Positions 50,786 through 63,892 of a stretch of 64,000 nucleotides of DNA are shown here, piece after piece. Every line of letters begins with the position of its first letter. Within the stretch, counting starts at the first letter, position 1. The stretch is taken from the NCBI RefSeq assembly GCF_006345805.1, contig NC_043014.1, positions 6,758,001 through 6,822,000 on the forward strand, given 5' to 3'. This DNA comes from Octopus sinensis. Its lineage: Eukaryota. Position numbers and translations under genes: made by a program. The notes under the pieces were generated by a model that was not told the DNA's origin, did no database searches, and saw only the letters and a program-made list of their open reading frames with translations.

Positions 50786-51478
50786 TGTGGTGTGCAAGAG
50801 AGACTTTGCGCTGGTATGGTCATGTGGCGAGAATGGATGAAGATGTTGTGGGAAAAAGTGCCACACCCTAGCGGTTGAGGGAACCCGTGGAAGAGGCAGA
50901 CCCAGAAAACCTGGGACGAGGTGGTGAAGCACGGACCTTCGAACTTTAGGTTCTCACTGAGGAATGACTAGAGACCGAACCTTTGGAAATATGCTGTGCG
51001 TGAGAAGACCCGGCAGGACAAGTGAGACCATAACCCACTTATGCATACCTTTCCTTCTTGGGACACAAAATTCTACTTGTGAAGACCTGTTGAGGCAAGT
51101 GAAAATCGAAATCGATCAACATCAATGAAAATTGCAGCTGTGATACCAGTGCCGGTGCGTAAGAGAACCATCCGAACGTGGCCGTTGCCAGCGCCGCCTC
51201 GACTGGCTCGTGCCAGTGGCACGTAAAAAGCACCATCCGATCGTGGCCGTTTGCCAGCCTCGTCTGGCACCTGCGCCGGTGGCACGTAAAAAGCACCCAC
51301 TACACTCTCGGAGTGGTTGGCGTTAGGAAGGGCATCCAGCCATAGAAACATTGCCAGATCAGACTGGGCCTGGTGCAGCCTTCTGGCTTCCCAGACCCCA
51401 GTTGAACCGTCCAACCCATGCTAGCATGGAAAGCGGACGCTAAACGAAGATGATGATGATGATGATGATGATGATGAT
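50786..51478 (+). mobile_element. RTE LINE 3' end continuous with the family C UTR and (GAT)n tail
   Basis: LRWYGHVARMDED..KTWDEVVKH..LWKYAVREKTR, then family C. Confidence 0.85.
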
Positions 51479-51481
51479 AAA

Positions 51482-51512
<31 letters not shown>

Positions 51513-51529
51513 ATATATATGTGTGTGTG

Positions 51530-51574
<45 letters not shown>

Positions 51575-51772
51575 CACACACACACACACCACACCCACAT
51601 ATATATATATATATATATATATAATATACATACATATATATATATAAGAAATTTGATTCAGATTCTCTGCTCAGCTTTCTCTGATATGTTTAATGAGACG
51701 TTCACACGCTACACACCTTCCTTCCAAACACTGCTGTAAACAGCTGAAGTGAACTAGAACGTTAAAGCTTAA

Positions 51773-51853
51773 TGCGCATGCGCAAAAGAGTTCAAGCTCA
51801 ATCTGTGCCAAGCGACATCACCCTGAGTGCTTCAGCTTCGTTACTATGGCAAC
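51773..51853. promoter_or_regulatory. Perfect NRF1 palindrome plus RFX X-box; probable promoter
   Basis: TGCGCATGCGCA at 51773-51784 and GTTACTATGGCAAC at 51840-51853, in unique CpG-retaining sequence. Confidence 0.55.
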
Positions 51854-52094
51854 AGTCCGGATACTTATTGATCAGAGCTCGTATATAATGTCTGCGTTAC
51901 ACACAAACACACATTAACACACGCATATATGTTTATGTGTAAATATACATATATACACACATGTATATATACACACACATATACACACAGGTGTGTGTAT
52001 GCATGTATATGAGCATATATGTGTGTGTGCATGTGTGTGTATATATATATATGAGCACACACATATATGCACCCATACAAACATATATATATTA

Positions 52095-52864
52095 TCTATA
52101 TATAAAACGCAGTTTGTCTGTCTGTGTGTCTGTGTGTCTGTCAGGTTGTGCCCTCACCCTGACCACGGCTTTCAACCGATTCTGATGAAACTTGACACAC
52201 ACATAGCCCAATGTCATAATTCAAAGCTAACGCAGCGAAAATTTTTAAAAGTTCCCCCTGTTCTGAAAAAATCGATAAATTCGACATGGGGTCGAACATT
52301 TTCTGTTGTAGTTTTCGCAACTTGCAATCGATTTTCACCAAACTCATGGTGAAGCTTAATGTTACCCTAAGAAACTTAATTCTGATGTTAGTTTTCCATG
52401 CAATACCTTACCATCAGAAAAAATCGATAAAATCATGCCATTTTGGGAAATCGCGTTCAAATTCCAAGATGACTTTTTTTCGACAATGTCTTTCACAAAT
52501 TGGCAGGAATTTTTTTTAAAATTCACAGCGAGCATCATGTCTGCTCCAAGGAGCTATATGACCCTTTTTATTCCAATAGGATACTTTATTACTGGAAAAA
52601 ATCGGTTAATTAAATCATATGTGGCACACATAGCAAACCGATTTGCGTATTAAACACAAACTGTCTAGGGGACACAACTCGACCTTTTTATCGCCCAAAG
52701 GGACAGCTGGGAACATTCGTATACACAGAAGTATTCGAGTGAAGAGAAGACATTGCAACCTATACATGCGCCTTCGTTCCCTAGAGGGAAAGGACTAGAT
52801 TGGGATTAGTCGTTGCCTACTAGGGGCTCTTACATACCCGGGCAACGCCGGGCTATGCTGCTAG
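52095..52864 (+). mobile_element. Non-autonomous Helitron; internally deleted sibling at 58787-59239
   Basis: A|TC...CCCGGGCAACGCCGGG...CTAG|T. Confidence 0.85.
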
Positions 52865-53132
52865 TTTATATATATATGTATATATATATTACATATTTAC
52901 ATGTGTGTGTTGGGGGGGGGGGTGTAATGCTTAATGGTCCTTGTGCGTTTGAGTGACCTTTCTATTTCGGACTGGCTTTAGTTGTTTTCATAATTCATTT
53001 CCCTTTGTGCCTCAGTGACCTTTCGGGTTGCAAAATATTTTCTTAATTTATGCCTACATTTATTCATTGCCACAATTATAAATAAAACCATTAGCAATAG
53101 TTTTATAATATATGATATGTATATATAATATA

Positions 53133-53163
<31 letters not shown>

Positions 53164-53263
53164 ACAAATTAGTAAATAAATGGCACAACAAAGTACCGAT
53201 ATTTACTGGAAATAGCGAACGTAAAAATACGACGCTAAAGTGTAGCTTCAACACCGCGTATGT

Positions 53264-53363
53264 NNNNNNNNNNNNNNNNNNNNNNNNNNNNNNNNNNNNN
53301 NNNNNNNNNNNNNNNNNNNNNNNNNNNNNNNNNNNNNNNNNNNNNNNNNNNNNNNNNNNNNNN
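53264..53363. other. Assembly gap (100 N)
   Basis: N run directly abutting a SINE array. Confidence 1.
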
Positions 53364-54147
53364 CTATTTCTTTATTACCCACAAGGGGCTAAACATAGAG
53401 GGGACAAATCAGGACAGACATAGGTATTATGTCGATTACATCTACCCCAGTGCGTAACTGGTACTTAATTTATCGACCCCGAAAGGATGAAAGGCAAAGT
53501 CAACCTCAGCGGAATTTGAACACAGAACGTAGCGACAACGAAATACCTATTTCTTTACTACCCACAAGGGACTAAACATAGAGGGGACAAACAAGGACAG
53601 ACATAGGTATTATGTCGATTACATCTACCCCAGTGCGTAACTGGTACTTAATTTATCGACCCCGAAAGGATGAAAGGCAAAGTCAACCTCGGCGGAATTT
53701 GAACACAGAACGTAGCGACAACGAAATACCTATTTCTTTACTACCCACAAGGGACTAAACATAGAGGGGACAAACAAGGACAGACATAGGTATTAAGTCG
53801 ATTACATCGACCCCAGTGCGTAACTGGTACTTAATTTATCGAACCCGAAAGGATGAAAGGCAAAGTCGACCTTAGTGGAATTTGAACTCAGAACATAGCG
53901 ACAGACGAAATACTTATTTCTTTACTACCCACAAGGGGCTAAACACAGAGGGGACAAACAAGGACAGACATAGGTATTAAGTAGATTACATCGACCCCAG
54001 TGCGAAACTGGTGCTTAATTTATCGACCCCGAAAGGATGAAAGGCAAAGTTGACCTCGGCAGAATTTGAACACAGAACGTAGCGACAGACAAAACACGGC
54101 TATGCATTTCGCCCGGCGTGCTAACGTTTCTGCCAGCTCGCCGCCTT
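53364..54147 (-). mobile_element. Family B SINE tandem array (at least 4 units)
   Basis: Unit starts at 53364, 53547, 53730 and 53914. Confidence 0.9.
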
Positions 54148-54924
54148 AGTCTATCAGAGTACCATGTTGTGATCTGAAAGGAGAGTTTACTTCGAATGTG
54201 TTATGAATAGTAATAACATGGTTGCTGGACACTAGATGTGGAGGCGCGTGGCTTAGTGGGTTGGGTACTGGACTCATGATCGTAAGATTGTGGCAAAAAT
54301 GAGTAATCCTGCGAGGAACTAGCGTCCAGTCACCATTATTGCTTTCGTTTCTTGATTTTTTTTTCTCACTGTTTCTCGTTTACTGACTTGTGTGAAAGAA
54401 AGAAAACAGACCAGCGAGAAGGAAAAGACGCAAAGAAGATTGATACAAAAAGCGGAACAAGCAGAAAGAAAAGCAAATACGGAAACCAGGATTGTCTTCC
54501 TTGAGTGTAGAGACCATAATTTATGTAACTGGTGCAGAACAATATAACAGAAAGGAGACCAAAGCCTGTGAGATAGCTACTTGATCTGAATCGGGTGGTG
54601 TCCTCGAATTCGACAACAGAAATTTGTCCATGTGTTTGCATTTGGTAAAACTTTCAGATCTGGCATTAAATAGTATGGTGTAATTCTTGGTTTAAAACGA
54701 ATGGGCAATCTTTCATCTATGCATAACTTGCATCTCTTTGACAGTAGAGATCTTAATTAATGTAGCTTGGATCAAAGCGGATGAAGGTCTTGGTTTACTT
54801 TGCTTTTCTTTCTTCACGTTCCACTTTTTACACCAACTTTCTTCGCGTTCTATTCCTCTCGCTCTTTCTCAAAGACCAGCATCCTGGTTTTTAAATACAT
54901 CTTTACCTCAATGAGTCCAGGACT

Positions 54925-55564
54925 GAATATGTGCCTGTCCAACAGTGATTTCATCATCCATACTCTCAACAATACGCCCTTAAATATGGTTTCTGATTAC
55001 AAATATCTTGGGTCATACATATCATCATCTGGAAAAGATTTTCTAACTAGAATGGGTATGGCCTGGTCAGCCTGTAATGATATGCATAAGATCTAGTCAT
55101 CAAATCTAAGTAGAGATTTCAAACTTAAAATCTTCAAAGCCACAGTCGAACCAATTCTACTATATGGCTCAGAAACCTGGACGTTATCAAAGAAGCTTGA
55201 GAGGTGGTTGGATGGAACCTACATTCGCCTCCTTATGAGAGCTCAAAATCTCTCGTGGAAGCGCCATCCAACCAAAGTACAAATATATGGGAAACTACCA
55301 CCTGTATCATCTCTTGTGAAAGGTAGAAGAGTCCAGTTTGCTGGACATTGTTGTAGAGCTGAAAAAGATATAATTTCTACTCTTCTCCTCTGGAAGCCAT
55401 CTACTCGCGATACTAGAGGATGCACACTCTCCTACCCTGATGTAATCTCCAGAGATACAGGCATCCAGCAGCAGGACCTCCGTAAGGCTATGATGGACCG
55501 TGAAGTCTGGCGTAACATAGTAAATTCCATTGTCTCGACCACGGTCGAACAATGATGATGATGA
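54925..55564 (+). mobile_element. RTE-clade LINE ORF2 3' fragment, a different family, with (TGA)n tail
   Basis: DYKYLGSYI..AWSAC..KIFKATVEPILLYGSETWTL..RRVQFAGHC..MMDREVWR. Confidence 0.9.
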
Positions 55565-55687
55565 AATACGTCAACCATTATGAACTGCTTGGAGATACAT
55601 GGCTTGGTATATAAATGTTCCAATTTAATGTATCTTAAAGCATGTAACATTTCGTAGCTCTTTTAGCATTGTGTATTATAAATGATA

Positions 55688-56081
55688 CTAGCAGTATCAC
55701 CCGGCGTTGCTCGGGTTTGTTTCGACCCTTTAGAATTGGAATTTTTGAAAAGTAAAAATTTTGCATTATGTAGCTTGTTATTCTCTTTAAGTGAACATTT
55801 TTCTGGTTGAAATACACTGAAAAATGGCGACACAGAAGTAAAAAAATCGTAAAAAATAGGGATTTTCATAGAAAAAAAAAGCACCTTTTTGATGTAAATA
55901 ATTTTTGGTGTTAACATGGTCCGAATTGAATTTTTCCGTCTAGGGAAGGAAGAGCAAGCCTTCTTCTATCATACTCTCAATTTTGGTCAACTTGGGCAAC
56001 AGGGTCTCGGAGGAGATAGTGTTAGTTGAAGGCTACCAAACCTGCCATACACAGACAACTTCAGCTTTATATATAAAAAGA
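55688..56081 (-). mobile_element. Non-autonomous Helitron
   Basis: Same family as 25111-25733. Confidence 0.85.
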
Positions 56082-56264
56082 TTTATCTCTCACTGTGTGG
56101 AACACGTTTTGTTTTTGCTGATCCTAACTATAATGGAAGATAATGGAATTGTAAACCATATATAAAACGGGCTTCTTTCATTTTCCGTCAACCAAATCCA
56201 TTTACAAGGTTTTGGATGTCCCAAGGCTACAGTAGAACGTAAATATATACAAGTTTATAATATA

Positions 56265-56865
56265 CTAGCAGTATCGCCCGGCGTTGCTCGGGTTTGTAAG
56301 GGAAATAACTATATAAGCATTTTTAGAGAGTTATAGCCAAAAAGTAGCAAAAAAATGCATTAAAAATGGAAAAAAAAATGGTAATTTTTTTTTAAATCGT
56401 TGACTCATCGTAGACATTTTTAGAGAGTTACTTCCCTTATATAATAGCGAAAAAAATGCATTAAAATGGAAAAAATTTTGGTAAATTTTTTTGTAAATCG
56501 TAGACTCATCGTAGACATTTTTAGAGAGTTACTTCCCTTATATAATAGCGAAAAAATGCATTAAAATGGAAAAAATGATGGTAAATTTTTTTTTAAATCG
56601 TAGACTCATCGTAGACATTTTTAGAGAGTTACTTCCCTTATATAATAGCGAAAAAATGCATTAAAACGGAAAAAAATGATGGTAATTTTTTTTTTTTAAT
56701 CGTAGACTCATCGTAGACGCGCGCTAATACCCAGAAGGGCTCGATATGAATCACGACTATAAGATACCCGGTTTTGGTTACACTGCACCGCAAAATGTGG
56801 GAGTAGTTAGGAATCTAAATCGAAGGGGACAGACACTCACACAACTACAGTTTTATATATAAAGA
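56265..56865 (-). mobile_element. Non-autonomous Helitron with internal ~100-bp tandem repeat
   Basis: Same family as 46235-46630; units near 56409, 56510, 56610 and 56712. Confidence 0.85.
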
Positions 56866-56998
56866 TTAAGGGATAAACAGAGAGAGCCAAACAGACAGAC
56901 AGAGAAGTAGGCAGTCTGTTCGCTGGAAAGACAAGAAAAGCTAAAAGGTTAAAACAGACAAAAAAAAAAAACGAAGGAAAGGAAAGCGAGAGAAAGAG

Positions 56999-57036
<38 letters not shown>

Positions 57037-57366
57037 GAGGAGGGGGTAACATTGATATCGTCTGGCACAGAAAAGTAGTTCTCCTCTTTTTCCCTCCAGC
57101 ACGACGTAATGGCTGTGCGGAAGTGTGGTGAAGCACTAGATACTAGTCAATGGCAAGGACATGTAGAAGGGAGAGGAGAGAGAGTAAATGAACAAGTACT
57201 CGCAGCTAAATGGTTATACATACCACAATTTGATTACAATTGCACCAGGAAAAATGCAGAGATGAAATAAGGTGAATGAATAACACAAACACACAGAGGA
57301 GGTATGGAGTGCAGAGTGACAGAGGCTAACGCCGTCAGACAGCCCTGACCGAGAATTTGATACGAT

Positions 57367-58150
57367 CTATTTCTGTACTACCCGCACAAGGGGCTAAACA
57401 CACAGAGGGGACAAACAATGACAGACAAACGGATTAAGTCCATTACATCGATCCTCAGTATGTAACTGGTACTTATTTAATCGACCCTGAAAGGATGAAA
57501 GGCAAAATCGACCTCGGCGGAATTTGAACTCAGAATGTAACGGCAGACGAAATACCTATTTCTTTACTACCCGCACAAGGGGCTAAACACAGAAGGGGAC
57601 AAACAATGACAGACAAACGGATTAAGTCGATTATATCGACTCCAGTGCGTAACTGGTACTTATTTAATCAACCCCGAAAGGATGAAAGGCAAAGTCGACC
57701 TCAGCGGAATTTGAACTCAGAACGTTATGACTGGTGAAATACCTATTTCTTTACTACCCACAAAGGGCTAAACACAGAGAGGACAAACAATGACAGACAA
57801 AGGGATTAAGTCCATTATATCGACCCCAGTGTGTAACTGGTACTTATTTAATCGACCCCGAAAGGAAGAAAGGCAAAGTCGACCTCAGCGGAATTTGAAC
57901 TCAGAATGTAACGGCAGACGAAATACCTATTTCTTTACTACCCACAAGGGGCTAAGCACAGAGAGGGGACAGACAAGGACAGACAAACGGATTCAAGTCG
58001 ATTATATCGACCCCAGTGTGTAACTGGTACTTATTTAATCGACCACGAAAGAATGAAAGTCAAAGTCGACCTCGGCGGAATTTGGACTCAGAACGTAGCA
58101 GCAGACGAAATACCGCAAAGCATTTCGTCCGGCGTGCTAACGATTCTGCC
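57367..58150 (-). mobile_element. Family B SINE tandem array (4 units)
   Basis: Unit starts at 57367, 57556, 57743 and 57927. Confidence 0.9.
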
Positions 58151-58237
58151 ATATATGATCTAACAAAATTGTTCGCATACATTGAAGACTGGATTTTCGT
58201 ATAAAGGAACTGAACTGGAAAGAAACGGTTAACCTAC

Positions 58238-58497
58238 TCTTTTACTCTTTTACTTGTTTCAGTCATTTGACTGCGGCCATGCTGGAGCACCGCCTTTAAT
58301 CGAGCAAATCGACTCCGGGACTTATTCTTTGTAAGCCCAGTACTTATTCTATCGGTCTCTTTTGCCGAACCGCTATGTGACGGGGGACGTAAACACACCA
58401 GCATCGGTTGTCAAGCAATGCTAGGGGGACAAACACAGACACACAAACACACACACGCATATATATATGTACATATATATATATATTATATATATAT

Positions 58498-58531
<34 letters not shown>

Positions 58532-58702
58532 CATATATACGACAGGCTTCTTTCAGTTTCCGTCTACCAAATCCACTCACAAGGCATTGGTCGGCCCGGG
58601 GCTATAGCAGAAGACACTTGCCCAAGATGCCACGCAGTGGGACTGAACCCGGAACCATGCGGTTGGTTAGCAAGCTACTTACCACACAGCCGCACGTGCG
58701 CC
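58238..58702 (-). mobile_element. Family A SINE, full length
   Basis: Head to tail. Confidence 0.9.
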
Positions 58703-59625
58703 TATAGTTCAGTGTCTCTAAAAAAAGTGAAAGTAAATTGCAATAGAAACTGGAGGTGATGACAGTAGAATCCCATAATGTCATTATCTCTATATAAACG
58801 GCAGTTTGTCTGTCTGTGTGTCTGTCAGGTTGTACCCTCACCCTGACCACGGCTTTCAACCGATTCTGATGAAACTTGACACACACATAGCCCAATGTCA
58901 TAATTCAAAACTAACGCAGCGAAATTTTGAAAAGTTCCCCCAGTTCTGAAAATAATCGATAAATTCGACATGGGGTCGAGAATCTAAGCTTTTTATATGC
59001 AACACATTTTCTGGGCTGTACGTGGGCTGTTCACGCGTTGGGAGGCGCAATGATGTTTTCATGTTTTCGCCCAAAGGGACAGCTAGGAACATCGTATACA
59101 CAGAAGTATTCGAGTGAAGAGAAGACATTGCAACCTACACATGCGCCTTCGTTCCCTACAGGGAAAGGACTAGATTGGGATTAGTCGTTGCCTACTAGGG
59201 GCTCTTATATACCCGGGCAACGCCGGGCTATGCTGCTAGTATTTAATACAAGTTGAGAATCCTTTATCCGAAATTCGTTAGACCGAAAGTCTTACGGATT
59301 TCAGATTTTCTTCGGATTACGGAATATTTTTTATGTATTTGTATTTATACAATGGGTTAGTTTTGAAATGGAATCCAATAACCTTTGAAATGGAATATCC
59401 GTTGACATTTCACAAAATAGACATTTCACAGAAATCCTAAATGCAGTTTTATATAAACTTTTAATATTCTTTTTAAAACGCAGTCATGGGTGTGCGGTAA
59501 GAAGCTTGTTTTTCAACTCATGGTTTGGGGTTCAAACCCAACTGCGTGACACTTTCAGCAACTAAATCTTTGTCAGTAGATTTCCAGATGAAAACTGAAA
59601 GAAGCCTGACGTAAATAGGCATATC

Positions 59626-59848
59626 TGTTTCTTTATTGCCCACAAGGGGACAAACATAGAAACGACAGACAAACAGATTAAGTCGATTACATCGACCCCA
59701 GTGCGCAACTGGTACTTAATTTATCGACCCCGAAAGGATGAAAGGCAAAGTCAACCTCGGCAGAATTTGAACTCAGAACGCAACGACAGACGCAATACCG
59801 CTAAGCATTTCGCCCGGTGTGCTAACGTTTCTGCCAGCTCACCGCCTT
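59626..59848 (-). mobile_element. Family B SINE with 19-bp TSD (1 mismatch)
   Basis: TGA(C/T)GTAAATAGGCATATC at 59607-59625 and 59851-59869. Confidence 0.85.
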
Positions 59849-60013
59849 TTTGATGTAAATAGGCATATCGATGTGTGTGTGTGTGTGTGTGTGGGTGTGT
59901 ATATGTGTCTTTGTGTCTGCGTGTATCTCCCACCACCGCTTGACAACCGGTGTTAGTATGTTTACATCTCCGTAACCAACAGTTCGGCAAAAGACACCGT
60001 TAGAATAACTAAC

Positions 60014-60408
60014 AGGAGTGGCTGTGTGGTAAGTAGCTTGCTAACAAACCACATGGTTCCGGGTTCAGTCCCACTGCGTGGCACCTTGGGCAAGTGTCTT
60101 CTACTATAGCCTCGGGCCGACCAATGCCTTGTGAGTAGATTTGGTAGACGGAAACTGAAAGAAGCCTGTCGGATATATGTATATATATATATGTGTGTGT
60201 GTTTGTGTGTCTGTGTTTGTCCCTCAAGCATTACTTGACAACCGATGCTGGTGTGTTTACGTCCCCGTCAGCGGTTCGGCAAAAGAGACCGATAGAATAA
60301 GTACTGGGCTTACAAAAGAATAAGTCCCGGGGTTGATTTGCTTGACTAAAAGGCGGTGCTCCAGCATGGCCGCAGTCAAATGACTGAAACAAGTAAAAGA
60401 GTAAAGAG
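60014..60408 (+). mobile_element. Family A SINE, full length
   Basis: Head to tail. Confidence 0.9.
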
Positions 60409-61367
60409 AGAGAGAGACTTTCAAAAAATTACTGGCGCCGATTTGTTCGACGAAACCAAAGGTTCCCAGAATGGACGGTAGCGCTGGGTCATGTCGAAGG
60501 GAGTGTTCGGCTTTAGGAGTGGTGAGCGGGGCGGTGCGGTGCAATCAACATATTAAATTAATTAATTATGCATGATAAAATTAGTAATGGTTATTAAAAT
60601 AAAATGAGATAGAGGTATATAATAATATGGCTGAAAACATGTCTAAACAAGAATAATTTTTAATGCTATTTTTCTGCCTTGAACAGGAATTTTAGACACA
60701 TACTCTTGTTTGTAGTCTTCGTTTATTATGATCATCACCACCATCATCATTTAACGTCCGTTTTCCATGCTGGCATGGGTTGGGTGGTTTGACAGGAGCC
60801 GATCAGGTGGAAGATTACACCAGGCTACTGTGATCATCATCATCATCGTTTAACGTCCGTTTTCCGTGCTAGCACGGATTTGACGGTTTGACCGGGGTCT
60901 GGGAAGCCAGGAGGCTGCACCAGGCTCCGGTCTGATCTGGCAGTGTTTCTACAGCTGGATGCCCTTCCTAACGCCAACCACTCCATGAGTGTAGTGGGTG
61001 CTTTTTACGTGCCACCGGCACAGAAGCCAGTCAAGGTGGCGCTAGCATCGGCCACGTTTGGGTGGTGCTTTTTACGTTCCACTAGCACAGGGGCCAAGGG
61101 AGGCTGGCAGCGGCCACGATCGGTTGGTGCTTTTTACGTGCCACCTGCACAGAAGCCAGTCAAGGCGGCGCTGGCATCGGCCACGTTCGGATGGTGCTTT
61201 TTACGTGCCACCGGCACAGGTATCACAACTACAATTTCCATTTGATATTTATTCTGATCTCCATCATATTTTGCTTAGCGATATGAATTAAATATAATTG
61301 TTGTCTATGTTAGTATTTTTTTAAAATTTAGGATTCGTGGGAAAAGAAAGTGCTGTCAATACTCGAG

Positions 61368-62075
61368 TGAATAACTGAAATATGGATTTATTCCATCTAT
61401 AAATAATGAGCAATTGCCACGGTGTTTAATATGTGAAAAAATAAAAAAAATATTTTCAAATGCAACAATGAAACCTTTAAGAATGATTGAACAACAAAAT
61501 GCATTCAGATAAAACCGGAAAAATATGGACTAATTTCGCCAAATGAAAAACAATTCTGAAAACTGTTTTACACTCAAAAAGCTGTTTACCAAAAAAAAAA
61601 GAAGAACAAGAAAAAACAAAGCAAATAGAGAAGGGGTTGGTTATGTCTTATAAACTTTGAAAATTAATTGCGAAATTTGGAAAAGCACTTCTTACTGGAT
61701 ATAAATAAAGTTTGGGATAACTATGGTAAAATTCCAATAACAGCGTCAATTCCTCTCAGAAATAGTAAGACAGTAGCAGAAAGAATAGATAACATGGCAA
61801 AAGATGTGGAGAATTAATTATGTGAGACATTAAAAAACGTAGAATTTTCTTGGCAACTTGATGAGTCAACTTTACGTGACAATGAATTTTTACTAATAAC
61901 TTACGTCAGTTGCGTAGATTCAAAGCAGGAAATTGTTGAAGAGTTTCTGTTTGCTGAAAAATTGGTACTTGACACAAAAGGTTCTACAATTTTTAAGGTT
62001 ACTAAAGATTTTTTTAATGCTAAGAATATTCCTGGAGCACCAACTCTGATAAGCTGTTTTTCGTGGATTTATAGC
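61368..62075 (+). pseudogene. hAT (Buster/Charlie-like) transposase fragment
   Basis: YGFIPS..PRCLIC..FSNATMKP (BED finger); ERIDNMAKDVE..FSWQLDESTL..EEFLFA..DTKGSTIF. Confidence 0.85.
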
Positions 62076-62078
62076 ATA

Positions 62079-62472
62079 CTAGCAGTATCGCCCAGCGTTG
62101 CTCGAGTTTGTTTTGAGTCTTTAGAATTGGAATTTTTGAAAAGTAAAAATTTTGCATTATGTAGCTTGTTATTCTCTTTAAGTGAACATTTTTCTGGTTG
62201 AAATACACCGAGAAATGGCGACACAGAAGTCAAAAAATCGTAAAAAATAGGGATTTTCATAGAAAAAAAAGCACCTTTTTGATGTAAATAATTTTTGGTG
62301 TTAACATGGTCCGAATTGAATTTTTTTCTTCTAGGGAAGGAAAAGCAAGCCTTCTTCTATCATACTCTCAATTTTGGTCAACTTGCGCCACAGGGTCTCG
62401 GAGGAGATAGTGTAAGTTGAAGGCTACCAAACCTGCCATACACAGACAACTTCAGCTTTATATAGAGAGAGA
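62079..62472 (-). mobile_element. Non-autonomous Helitron inserted at the end of the hAT fragment
   Basis: Terminal CTAG and hairpin; TC 5' end. Confidence 0.85.
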
Positions 62473-63107
62473 TTAAAAACTTTTGTAGTATGTAGCTTTA
62501 AGTTTCATTCGATATAGTTTTGTAACATCTGTATGCATGGTTACAATATTTACAGCAATAATTACCATCATTATTCATATTGCATCAAAAATTTAGATTA
62601 ATATTTAACAAGCTGTTGAAGGACATTACTACTAATAATAGCAGCTGTACCTCCTTTAAACCACATACTTTTGTTGTGTTTATAAAAACATCGAAAAGAC
62701 GGGATTTTGTCATTGATTCCATTAGTTGCCATGCCCACACAGAAAACATTTAGTCAGACATGCTTTTGTTGTTTGATCCGTCTCGAGCCACGCCTGGCTC
62801 AATAAGGGCCGATTTCCTGGTTTCATCGGGATGCCAGTCCGTCGCAGATGACCTGCAAGATGATGCAGGAGGAAAGAGTGAGAGAAAGTTGTGGGCGAAA
62901 GGGTCGGCAGAAGTTCCCCAATACCTTCTATCAGAGCCACGTAGAGCTTAGGTGTTTCGCTCATAAACACACACAACACCCAGTCTGAGATTCGAACCCA
63001 AGATCCCTCGACTGTGAGTCCATTGCTCTAACCACTAAGCCATATACCTCCACTTTAGTTAGGTATAGACTCTAGCAGTACCCTGCCCTATCCGGATGTA
63101 TTAATAA

Positions 63108-63892
63108 CTAGCAGTATCACCCGGCGTTGCCCGGATTTGTTTTGACCCTTTAGAATTGGAATTTTTGAAAAGTAAAAATTTTGTATTATGTAGCTTGTTA
63201 TTCTCTTTAAGTGAACATTTTTCTGGTTGAAATACACCGAAAAATGGCGACACATCAGTCAAAAAATTGTAAAAAAATAGGGATTTTCGTAGAAAAACAG
63301 TACCTTTTTGATGTAAATAATTTTTGATGTTAACACAGTCCGATTTGAATTTTTTCTTCTAGGGAAGGAAGAGCAAGCCTTCTTCTATCATACTCTCAAT
63401 TTTGGTCAACTTGCGCAACAGGGTCTCGGAGGAGATAGTGTAAGTTGAAGGCTACCAAACCTGCCACACACACATAGACAACTTCAGCTTTATATATATA
63501 GACTAGCAGTATCACCCGGCGTTGCCCGGATTTGTTTTGACTCTTTAGAATTGGAATTTTTGAAAAGTAAAAAGTTTGTATTATGTAGCTTGTTATTCTC
63601 TTTAAGTGAACATTTTTCTGGTTGAAATACACTGAAAAATGGCAACACAGCAGTCAAAAAATTGTCGAAAATAGGGATTTTCATAGAAAAAAAGCACCTT
63701 TTTGATGTAAGTAATTTTTGGTGTTAACATGGTCCGATTTGAATTTTTTCTTCTACGGAATGAAGAGCAGGCCTTCTTCTATAATACTCTCAATTTTGGT
63801 CAACTTGCGCAACAGGGTCTCGGAGGAGATAGTGTTAGGTGAAGGCTACCAAACCTGACATACACAGACAACTTCAGCTTTATATATATAGA
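63108..63892 (-). mobile_element. Head-to-tail dimer of non-autonomous Helitrons (63503-63892 and 63108-63502)
   Basis: Exact CTAG|TC junction on the minus strand at 63503/63502. Confidence 0.85.

Noticed and set aside
52183-52192. CTGATGAAAC in Helitron copies (also near 58866)
   Set aside because: No stem II or stem I pairing; chance match.
53364-54147. CRISPR-like or ncRNA gene array
   Set aside because: Whole units repeat with no unique spacers; these are SINE multimers in eukaryotic DNA.
54366-54920. 91-aa hydrophobic ORF or possible LINE ORF1 remnant
   Set aside because: All frames are interrupted or lack diagnostic motifs; cannot be assigned by eye.
57100-57270. Plus-strand exon or 53-aa ORF after a pyrimidine-rich acceptor
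   Set aside because: No homology, weak donor, and flanked by GA repeats.
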